This document shows positions 39,001 to 50,279 of a stretch of 64,000 bases of DNA, piece after piece. How positions within the stretch are numbered: the stretch's first letter is position 1; the number at the start of each line of letters is the position of its first letter. Position numbers and translations under genes: made by a program. This DNA comes from Dimorphilus gyrociliatus (taxonomy: Eukaryota; Animalia; Annelida), in NCBI GenBank assembly GCA_904063045.1, contig CAJFCJ010000012.1:186001-250000 (forward strand). Reading direction: 5' to 3'. The notes below the pieces were generated by a model. It made no database searches. It was not told the DNA's origin and saw only the letters and a program-made list of their open reading frames with translations.

Positions 39001-42000
39001 TACATAACTTACGTTAGGGCTCGATCAACCGGCGCCCCCTTATCGATAGTTTCGCCGCGAGCCGCCAATATCTAGCACCTCTAAGTGAGTGGACGTGTAA
39101 CAAAAGAACGACGCTGATTGGTTGATGACTAACGAATAGTTACCACCATTTTCTCTACGAATTCCAGTCTAAGTCGAGGCAGCATGCTGTCTGTATCGGA
39201 TAGGCAAAAGTCTTCTCAAGGAGTCGATTTTCTTCAACAGGAATTAAATTCTCGATTCTTAGCTCTACAGGAGCAGCAACTTGCTACTTATTTTCCACAT
39301 TTTCATCAGCATCCTTTTGGTAATGTTCTGCCACATTCTCTCTACTCTCCCTTTTCGGTAAGTTCAATTGTATTAGTACTTATACAAAACGTTTAAGTAC
39401 ATTTAACTTCAGAAAGGATACTTTTCTCTCTACAAAAAATTAATATACAAATTCGTTTAATAGCAAAATACCCTAGATAATTCCGAGTGTCAAAGGACAT
39501 TACTTAAAAAAAAGCAATAGATGGCGTCGTATCTTAATTTAAAAGTAAGAACAGATTGAATATCTTCTCAATCGTTGAATTTAATTCGTCATTCAAACTA
39601 CCATTAAACAGATAAAAAGAAGGATAATTGTAAAATCATGTATTATTGTATAATGTATATCGAATTACGGAAATTAAAGGTTCTTTGTATACATTATACT
39701 TTACCAAATACCCAGTGCACAGTATAAAGATATAAACAATACCAATGCAAGTATCTTCATGTTTAACAATGATTAAACTGACCTTTGAAAATAAGTTCTA
39801 TATCAAGTTTTATAAGATAAAACTTACTCTTTGTGAAAAATTGAATGCTCATATCTTGTTGAAAGTGAGAAGAATAAAAAGAAACCGTTTTCTGTTGTAA
39901 AAGTAACGCACCATCAACTCTTGCTCTTACGTTTCACTCTGCCGTAAGTTTGTTATTAACACTTGGCGGGCTGCCAAGACTGTTGAGTTTGTCAATCGTT
40001 TTATCGTTAATCGCATTAATCCGCTTTCTATATTCCTAAGCGAATTTCGTAAGCGAAATGGTAGCTGAAAGTTTATCAGCTTTCCAAATCCCTATAGAGT
40101 CAGTTAATCTTATCAGTTGAGTGCTATTTTATCAGTTGTTTGTCATATTATTGTTTTCCTAGCTTTTAACTTGGAGTAGAAAGTCTTGTGTTTGATTAAC
40201 GATTCGCAATTTTGGTCTAGTTGTTGGGAGTTATCTAAAATTTGTTATGCATAATTAGGTTGTTAATGGAAATGATAGAATATGATGCCATGTGCGTAGC
40301 TAATGCACGATATAATTATAGTTTTATAAATTCACTTATCGTTCTCTCATTTACCACAACATCGTTAGCAAGATATTGTGATTTTTATCCTTGTCACCAT
40401 AAAAAAAGCGGTCTTTCAAAGCATTTAGAATTTTTAACATGAAAGAAAAGAATACCTTTTTGCTATTGATTTCTAATATGTGTACCTGTTATAAAATTTT
40501 AAAAGCTATGTACAAAAACGAGGCAAAGAAAATTGAATATCAAAGTGCTCATTAGATATCTAATCGGCCAAATGATTAATTATAACAAGAGGTTGTAAAC
40601 ACATATTATATTCTGGACGTCCTCGACGCTTTACTGAAAATAATATAGAAAAATTTAATGTAGCGTGAAATTGTTCTTAATTTATACATGTCGCTTTTTA
40701 TGGAAAATGGAATACTCTCTAGAGGAATTTATATATATATTTATAAATATACAGTGTATATTTATGTCAAAAAAACTAATAAAAAGAAATCAAGAGTCAA
40801 TATGAATAATGATCTGACGTAATCAGATGTCTATATTCAAGAGATGATATAGATTTAGGACGGGGCGGAATAAACTCCGATTAATCGAGCTTTCACTTAA
40901 TCCGATTTTAGGGAGAAAGCTTATACGGTACAGCTAAAAAAAATTATCTTGCTTAATTTCTATGGAAATTTCTATTCCAGAGGGAAACCAAACTACCTTC
41001 TCCGGCTATTGCACATCAGCACCAATTGAGAATGATGAGTGATCGCAAAGACAACCCTCAATCCTCGTTGAATTTACATCAACCACCGATTAATACTGTT
41101 CAGAAAGTAAGTATAAATTATTTTACTTATCTTTAAGCAATATAAATTTATAAATAAATATAATCAGCGGAGAGTTATATGCTTTGCACGTAAAACAAAA
41201 TACACAATCTATTCTGTATTTAAACCATACATGTGTACTATGATCAAAGTACGCTACTACACATAATAAGATTAGTACAGTTGAGTAAAATAGCAATGCA
41301 ATTGATTTTTGTAACGCCGTTAAAAATTAATGATATTGCATAAGAATAACTTGAATTATTTAAAATTATAGTAAGTCATCTTTTGTTCCAATGAATGAAA
41401 AATAAGGAAAGAATAAACATCTTTTAAAATAAGGTGTGAATACACTTGTTATTAATTCATTAGCAAACAATAAACCGCCTGTTTTGATTTCAAAGATGTT
41501 CTCTTCACACTTTCCATTGCTAACGCGATAAGATATTATTACAAAAGACTAATCTTCATAGCAATGTTGAACCATATATTTTAACATCCTTTCAACTATT
41601 TTATAAATCAGTATCAATAGTAATTCTACAGCAGTTCCGTTCGTCTAATACTTTCGAAATGTCTCCTTTGTAATACTCATACAATTTTTATTATATTAAT
41701 AGAAATAATCATTTGCATATCATTAAATATTTCTTAAGTTGTCTTGTATATTTAAGCAATCCATTTTATTGTATGCAGCAATATTGTATATTTACAGCTG
41801 CATTGTTTTGCCTAAAAGGAGTGCTTAAGTAAGATTTCTTCACTTAAAGAAAGGAATCTAGATTTATTTCTCTTTAATTACTCAGAAGTATTTAATTGAC
41901 CTAGTTGTAGAAAACTGTGCAATTTTAAATAAGCGAACAGCATGTTTAATCGACTTTCTTATCCTCCTTTTGCTTTTCTCTTCCTCTCTCTTTTTCTCCC

Positions 42001-42324
42001 TCTCTCAGCCATTCCCTTCGTTTGCTCAGATTCCGTTCCTGTTATAGTTCGTTAGGGTAATCTTTATCTCGTTAAAAAAATAAAGATTGTTTTTATAACA
42101 AGATTAACTTTAATTTATCTATTCAGCCTCAACTAGGCCGAAAATGGAGTGCAATGCACGTAAAAGTTGCCTGGGACATCTATTACAAACAACAAGCCGC
42201 TCAAACTTTAGCGAAAACACAAATGACAACCGAAGAACCGAAAACGACTGTGCCTTCACAAATATCGAATTTTTGTAAATTATCCAAAACGAAATTGATT
42301 TGGTCACCTGTCGATGATTCTTGA
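36098..42324 (+). CDS. AUTS2: Miniature AUTS2/FBRSL1/fibrosin/tay-bridge family protein, about 187 aa
   Basis: Exons 36098-36147 (in-frame stop upstream, TG|gtaaag), 39168-39357 (branch-like GACTAAC at 39127, gtaagt donor), 40981-41106 (gtaagt donor) and 42127-42324 total 564 nt in frame. The product contains DFLQQELNSRFLALQ...HFHQHPF (cf. AUTS2 DILRQELNTRFLASQ...EFHQHQH) and GRKWSAMHVKVAWDIYYKQQ (cf. AUTS2 GKWCAMHVHIAWQIYHHQQ). First exon is less certain than the other three. Confidence 0.8.
37576..37619. repeat. (CT)n microsatellite in an AUTS2-like intron
   Basis: Seen directly. Confidence 0.85.
38880..39121 (+). promoter_or_regulatory. Putative internal promoter and non-coding first exon of the AUTS2-like gene
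   Basis: CpG-rich stretch with CCAAT boxes (about 38910, 39065 and reverse 39117). A gtgagt donor at 39085 could splice via an 83-nt intron to the 39168 acceptor ahead of ATG 39184. Confidence 0.45.
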
Positions 42325-44696
42325 CGCTCTGTGTAGAGTGCGGCTGTGAAAAACCTCATTAAAATCATTAAATTCCTCCTAGTCACGCCATAATTATTAA
42401 ACGGAACGAGTTAAAGCGAACTTTTTCAAGTACTATCGAACAATTTTCGAGGCTTTTCAATCCGCGTTTTGCTTTTTCAATTAGCGAACTTTTTAGAAAA
42501 GTGTCACGTGATTAAAAATCGTTTACCAAATATATATATATATATACATTGTACTACATCTCTTCTTAAAAACGAATTCATGTGTATGATATTAATGTTT
42601 TGTTTGTATTTGTAAAATGCTGTGACGCATTTATAACGAAGGAAAAGTTATGAAATGTTATATAACTTACAAACTGTTGTTTATGCTCAGTTTAATTTTC
42701 TCTGAAATACAATTTTGCGTCATAATTACTATAATACTACTAATTTTTTATTATTCGATCAATTATATAATATGCTATAAGGACAATAGAGAAAAACATT
42801 TCTATTTCTAGCTATTCCCTTTAAAAGCCTTATTAGTTTTAAGGGCCAGTGCTGCAAAGTTCTCCTCTCAAAAAGCAGCTAATTTGCCCTTTAACGTATT
42901 AATAAGTTATATGTATACTGTACATACATTTACTATTTACAAACTTTATTCCTATTTTCTGTTGCATTGTTTAATATAAGTAATTTATTCGTAAATGCAA
43001 TTCTACATCACTTAAGAGTTTTTTCCAGTTTTATACCAATGTTCTTAATCATTTTCCATTTTCTTCTATTCCATTTGATAGAAATAAATAAAATAAACCT
43101 AAATTACCCTATTTGCATTAAAAATAATAAAAGAAAAATATATCATACAAGAATAACAAACGCAAACAAGACCCTTATAGAAATGTTCAGGTAATTTTTC
43201 TTATTTTTGTTAGTGATTCCCAGAATAAATGACAGCTATTTAAATTATAAAAGAGTAAATGAAGAAATGAATACATTAAGTGATGGAAAACATTGAAACA
43301 TTACCAGCATACAGATGACAAAAGAGCGTATCTATACAGTAGAGTTTTAGTCCGTATTTATCAATAATGAGCAACGGAAGTTACAAGATTATTCAATGAT
43401 TGATGTAGTATTAGAGAATTTTTTTTGTTTAACGATTGATGCAAAAAATATATATATGGATACTATTAGCTTGATAATATCCTTTTAAGATATTTTTCAA
43501 TTTTTCATAAAAGTATATAACATCGTTGTACAATCATTATCTTAAAAGACAAAACTGACAATTTTATATTATGATATATAAATTTCTTCTGACATATCCA
43601 AATACAATTTGCGCAACATATTTCCCTACTGTTTTATCCAGTTAACCCCCTTTTCCTTGCAAAGCTAAGGTTAACAAGTAATCAAACATATAATCTGCCC
43701 CTATAAGATAGAAAACGGCGTAACCAGTGAACAATTATTCAAAAAAAGTAACAAACTATAGATCGTTTTCGCTCGAAAAGAATCTGTTTGCCAATCGATG
43801 TAACTGCGGGCTAGATTATGGTAGAATGAGTTAGAAATTTGATATTGCGTAACGGATATGATCGTTTTTACGACTTCTTTTGATTATTCTGCTAGATTGT
43901 TTGACATGCTATTAGTATAATGTACACTGATGAATAAATTACACGTTTATTGTGCTGTAAATCTTTACCAATATTGACTAATTTGCTGGGAGAAATCGTT
44001 TAATGGTTCATTATAGTTGATACACGTTTATTAGTCACGCGACTTTTCCGTTTTTGTTTAGAGGTTATTAAATGATAAAAACACAATCAACAGATGTCAC
44101 CACAGCTAGGAAGATAATCTTTTGTTATAAAAACAAATCCCCGTCTATCCTACAAAAGATAAACTATTCATAATTTATGTGGCGACATCTGTTGGTATGA
44201 TATTTTGCTCTTGTCCTTTTTTCATTTTTTTTTTAAATAGCATTATTAAATATTTATATACAAGTAAATGAGATCGAGTTCCGAAAGGAAAAACATTTAT
44301 TCTTAGCATTTTATCAATTTTTTCTCACTAATTGCAAATGCCCGTCAAAAATCGGAAATGTAATGATTAATGAAATCGATTTTTAGTCTTTATAAATGAT
44401 ATTTAAGGAAAACTAGACTATTCCATTGTTCATATTAAAAAAAAAACTATTCACTTTAAAAAAATGATTATAGATTGATAATAGATCGTAATCTTTGTTA
44501 AGTTTGTCTATTCATATTTACAGGTAGTAGGACAACTGAAATAGAAATGTTTTACAAATTGGATAAGTTAATTCTTACTCAGAAACAAGTATTTAACTAA
44601 TATTGATAGAAGTATTCATGTTGTAAATAATAGCCAATTAATTATTTCTTCAAATACTGTATATTGAAAAAAAATCTAATTTAAAGTCTAATTACG

Positions 44697-45065
44697 TCAT
44701 TCTTCAAGCCCAGTTTCGAAAAGTGCAGGATCCCACAGATCGTATAGATCTTCTTCTTGGTTTTCCTCTTTGTCTTCTGAGTGTTCGTCTTGAGATTTTG
44801 CATAACTTTCGCTGTGTGACCCAAAATCATTTCCTTGTCTTCTTGGTGTACCACAATTAAATACTCCACATCCACCTATTATCATATTGAGAAACCTTTT
44901 TTCGAAATTTCTACAGAAATTATCAATCGAACAAATACATTCGTTCTTTCTAATGCAACAGTTTTCTCCAGTTTTTTCTCCCTTAGTTTGTATACATTGA
45001 AGTTTTTTAGGTAATGCTGATACTGCTACCAGGTATAAAGATAGAATTAAGAGTATACTTGACAT
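44697..45065 (-). CDS. Intronless secreted cysteine-rich peptide precursor (122 aa) with acidic C-terminal tail
   Basis: Signal peptide MSSILLILSLYLVAVSA, then 8 Cys spaced C-x11-CC-x5-C-x-C-x5-C-x14-C-x4-C, dibasic KR and RR sites, and a D/E-rich tail. The ordered architecture argues against a chance ORF. Confidence 0.7.
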   Translation of the reverse strand: MSSILLILSLYLVAVSALPKKLQCIQTKGEKTGENCCIRKNECICSIDNFCRNFEKRFLNMIIGGCGVFNCGTPRRQGNDFGSHSESYAKSQDEHSEDKEENQEEDLYDLWDPALFETGLEE

Positions 45066-48000
45066 GTTGTTTCAGTAACTGCTCGATGAAGTAATGAATA
45101 AACTGTGCAATAAATTATTCAATTTGGCTAATGTAGAAAATGCATCCAGAGTTTTTTTTCTACAGTCTATCTCTAGTTAATATTGATGAACTTTATACAT
45201 GCTTGAAGTTATAAATAATTTCAATAAATTTACAGCTTATCCCAAAATATGTTTATTTAAAAAGTGTTACTGAATACAATACTACTTTTAATTAAAGCTT
45301 AAAGAAAACAAAAATAAACATGAAATTACCTCCTAATAATCTCAGAAACAATTATCACACAAATTAAAGAACAAATAAAGCAATAAACTAATCAGATAGT
45401 TTATTCATGAAATTATATGAAATATTCAAATATTACCTAACCTGTATTTTGTTTTTTTAGTTCAGCTTTGCTTATTTTATTGCAATCTATCCGTATGAAT
45501 AGAAATATTAAACCAAAATCTTTTAATAAATGTACTCTGACTATGGTAGACAAAAAAGCGTTTTTTTTTTTCATTTCATTACCAGCGCCGTTAAGTACCT
45601 GATTTTTTTTCTTAAAAACACATATACATAAGAAACATTTTTGCTTTTTAGGCATATATATTTATATATATAATTTATTGATTCTAGTAGTCTACCTTGC
45701 CTGTAAACTTGCTTTTACTCATCTCTTTCTGCCTTTGATAAATAGAACACTCTCATTTTTTTTTTCATAAAGTTTCTGAATAAGATCGACTTTTGTTCAG
45801 AACTAAGTTAATTATTATTACGTTGTTAAGATAAGTAAATGAAAAATTTAAAGGTTTTCAACAACTTAAATATTCATGTAGTTAATGAAACAAAAACAGA
45901 AATATACAATACAAAATGAATAATATTTAAATCAGTTGAACCAAACTAAAAAATTATCATTTCCGGATACGTGAAAACAATGATACTATTGAGCAATGAA
46001 AGCGTTTGCTTCACCGACAGCTGACACGACCATTTGGAAAGTTTGTTCTGGTTTTCCCTTTGTTAACTGAAAGGAACATATTGCTTTAGATCCTTTTTTC
46101 CATTAAAGCATTTGTCGTTCAAAATATTTTCCTACTTTTAAATTTCTAATTACCTTTCAAATTCTTCTGAATTATAACAATTCTCCATACTTGTATCATC
46201 AATAAAAGAATTACTATGATTATCCAACTAATTTCTATTTGTTGTTAATGACTATAAATTGTGATATACAGTATTAACAACAATAGCATAATTAATAGAT
46301 AAATAACAATGTAAAAGTTCAATTACTATTGCATTGTGTACTTAATTTTAAACACACAATCTTCTCACAATGAATAAAATTTCGATTTTATATAATAAAT
46401 TTATATATGCTAACATACAGGAAATAACAATGAATATCTCTGCCTCAAAATCGGATATATTAATAAGATAAAACCGAACCCAGCTATCAGAATTAGACCA
46501 ATGAAATATAATAAGTTATAAAATAGTCTGAACTCTTTTTTAAAGAGGTCAATAGAAGAAGGATTGTTTTGTATGTTGTTCAACAAGCCAACCCTTCTCT
46601 TAGAAAAGTGAACTAACTACATACGAATACTTAAGCGGAGCAATAGTACATTGGTACGAAAAAAGTCAGTCTGGGTCCTTCAAAGGACACCTTCCGATAC
46701 TAACTGTGTTGTCTTTAGAACCATATGTCGGATGATACTGATCTATTTGTAGAAAAGAGAATCTGTTTATGATAGAAAAAAAAACCATTTCGTTTTATAT
46801 ACAATTGTTCTTAAAGCTATTACATGATACCATACATATTACTTTTCCTGTGGCAGACAGAATTCGATTAGGTGTTGCACATTTAAATAGTGAATGTTTA
46901 GCTAACGCTGAAAATTCTGGATATACAGATTTAAATATAAATATATACAGCATATATTTCAAGAAAGGATGTTTCAAACACGAAAATCCTTTGAAAGTAA
47001 ATATAAAACTGTATAAAATCCTAAATTATTCAACTTTTGCAAAATATTTCAAACTCTTTTCTATTTCCTATAATCATCAAGGTCACAGGAAACGAAATCT
47101 TCAACTAATTATAAATTTTATAATTTGAGTAACAATTGACAACGCCACCCCTGCAATTTCATTTTTTGATGGAATTTTATCTATTCGCAACTCTCAATTA
47201 CTCAATTAAAGAGTAAAAGGAAAAAAACAACACCTAATTTAGAGAATTTCATTCAAGTTGCTACAAGTATAAGTGACATGGGAATTGTTACAATATAATC
47301 CAATAAATACAAAACTATTCTTTAGAGCAGGAGATAGAAACTTTTTAAACAATGAAAAAGCTTTATTTACTTCTTAGTATAAGGGATTTATTGGTTTAAG
47401 TAAAAAGTAAATTACAGTTGTACAATCTTTTATAGTATAAAGTTTCAATAATAAATATCACCACTGGTATTGTTAAATCGCTCTTCGCTGGTTCCGTTAT
47501 AAGAAAGCAGTATTAGTTTTTATAGTGCCTTTGTTAAATAGACATATGAATGATTTTTCAGTTTTTTTCAATTATACTAGAATCAACAATACTCTAGTTG
47601 CTAAACATTTCATTTCGATTGATTTTCATCAAGTTCTTTTGGTTTGATGCTAAAGAAAACACTTTTGTTAACATTTCATTTCTTAAGCTATAGTGTAGCA
47701 ATATTGAAAAAATATAATGCAGTTTACTATACAATGGTTAATATACATATTTCACCTTATTGAAAAGTTTATTGCTAATATATTTATATAAGTTTAGATT
47801 TATAAATAAATGATATTTTTCTTGGCTAATCTCATTAAATCTCTATTTCTCTCTAACTTTTTCGCTAATCAATGTTTAGGATCAATTATATTCAATTTAT
47901 ACTGGCCAATTAATTACTTTGTGCTGTAGTATTTCTTATACTGTTTTTTATTTGAAAAGTATCAAGTTCTAATCGAAGTTATTTAAACTTTTTCGATATT

Positions 48001-49200
48001 TATATATAAAATAAATAAGCACATTTTAAATCATTTAGATATACAGATTTTTTCGACACAGATAAAGGAAACGTGTCTGGATCGATCAACTATTTTATAG
48101 TTAATAGAAGAAGGCCATATATAGGATCGATTGTAAATTTCTATATAAAGAAAAACATATTTAATCTAGATTTAACAAAGCAGTTGTTGAGGAATTATGT
48201 TTAGAAATATAAGTTTTGTACAGTTAAGAAATTTAATTATAAAGGAACGCGGTATATTTATAAAGTTATGCTTTATTTTTATATATCATATGAGAAAAAC
48301 ATATGTTGTTCTAGACAATTTAGAAAGCTATCTCCATATAAAATAAGCTGAACAAATTCGAAATAAGCGAGCCATGATTGATAAGCAATATTTAACAGAT
48401 TAAATACACAAAATATGCCGTAAGCTTCCTGAAAATCAACAGTAATCTATTGATTATCTACTTGACTCAAATAAAGTAACACTTCTTTCAACGTGTCAGT
48501 AGGGCGTTGTATAGAAAAATTTGAACAGCAGATAGATTTTTTTTCTAATATTAGCACAAAAAACTGTCTGCCAATTGTAATGGCGTATACTTTTTTATCT
48601 TACATAAAAAAAAATTGAGGGAGTGGGCTACATTTATGCCAGACATTTGAAGTCAAGGTAAAATAAACATGATACAAAACACTTTTCACAAAAAAACCGC
48701 TTTGGTAATAAGCATGAAAATAGTTTCGCTTAAATTTTTTGTATCTTAACTGAAAGTGATATTAGACAAAAAAACACGTTTTACGGATTTTCCGAACCAG
48801 GTGAAAAATTTACGATTGAAATCTGTAGTGTTAATTTATAGAATAAGAATTATTTTCAGTTGTGAAAGAAAAACCAGTTCACAACGATAATAGGTCAAAT
48901 ATGGTTATTTTGTAAAACCATTTTTTTTGAGTCAGCTGCTAAACATTAGGAAAGTGATAGTGAACAGTCACATGACGTATATTCATAATTTTTGTTAGAA
49001 CAATAGTCTTAGCCTAAATCAAAGGTCATAAGGAGAGTGACAAAGCAAATCGGTGGCGAAGTAATCCAATGAACATTGAATATAAGGTTTTTATTTTTTT
49101 TAATATGACAAAAGTATTTTTTTTTTTGGATATCTGTGTGTATAAATAGAAATATTGCAAAATTCTTTCCCTCAAAAATACGGAACAAATCGAAAACGCT

Positions 49201-49218
49201 GACGGAAGTCACGTGGCC
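49201..49218 (+). promoter_or_regulatory. Putative LARP4 promoter core: ETS (CGGAAGT) fused to an E-box (CACGTG)
   Basis: GACGGAAGTCACGTGGCC lies in a CpG-enriched region about 1 kb upstream of the first coding exon. A second CACGTG is near 49610. Confidence 0.45.
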
Positions 49219-50279
49219 ATGAAGTGGTTACCTGGTTAACTCCTCCAACATAAGACGGCCATAACATTTTTCGAGGACGTTTCGCGCTCATTTTACCATC
49301 TATTACAAAACAATTAAGGGGGAATTTTGTTCTAAAATATATGCCCACTATCATAGATTAACACGGATTAAAGAATTTGGCTGAAAAGTTAGTATTTTTT
49401 GCAATTTAGTTTTCTCGTTCATGATCAGTTGGCAGCCATGTTTGATCGTCCTACTTTATTAAGCAACGTCGAAATTTTCTGCGGTTTATTTCCTATTTTA
49501 CTATGCCCGAGTAAAGTTAAACGTTTATTTTGTCGAAATAACATGTTATGCCAAGTTTCAGTTGTTTAAAAAGGTATTTAGACGATATAAGGTTTCTTGG
49601 AAGTGTTGCCACGTGATCGTAGGCCTGTCGACAGACTACTCCTAAAATTCTCAAATGTCTGGATGGTTTCTAATGCTTTGAATCTCGGTGTTTTTTTGTT
49701 AATTCCTCCCAAATAGTTATTGTTTTAACATTGTAAATATATACATTGTAACAACTTCAAAAAATTTGTTTTGTCTCTCAAGCGCTAAATTTTTTTTAGC
49801 AAAACCATATGATGTGTACTGCCCGCATTAGTTATCGTTAATTACTAATCAATGGGCGATAATAAGGAGTTGCATAACAACAATCTACCATGTAACTATA
49901 GCAACAAGGTCAATCAAGGTCAAATAGGCGGGGCGTATGACTGCAGTATTGCTGTACAGTTGCGGCTACTATAGTTGATCGATATTACCATTTTAAGTCA
50001 AACGTTTATTTTTATTTATAGAAAATGAAGGAGCTGTGAAACCGTAAATTTTATAGAATAATCCTTAAACTTGAGTGTAGCTTATTCTATATATACGTAA
50101 ATGATTATATTCATGCCTGTAGTGATATTTATAAGTATAAATCAACATGTTTATTTATAGTACATACCTGTCTCGTGAAATGTTTGATATCTTTTCTTTT
50201 CAACAGATTACGTCTACACTGGACATGAACAAGGATTAAAGGAATTGAAAGAAAAGTAGGGGATTATCAAACAGATATT

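Noticed and set aside
42119-42386. Two minus-strand ORFs
   Set aside because: Antisense shadows of the AUTS2-like last exon.
46769-47128. 119-aa plus-strand ORF
   Set aside because: AT-biased composition (I/K/F/N), no motif and no convincing splice partners.
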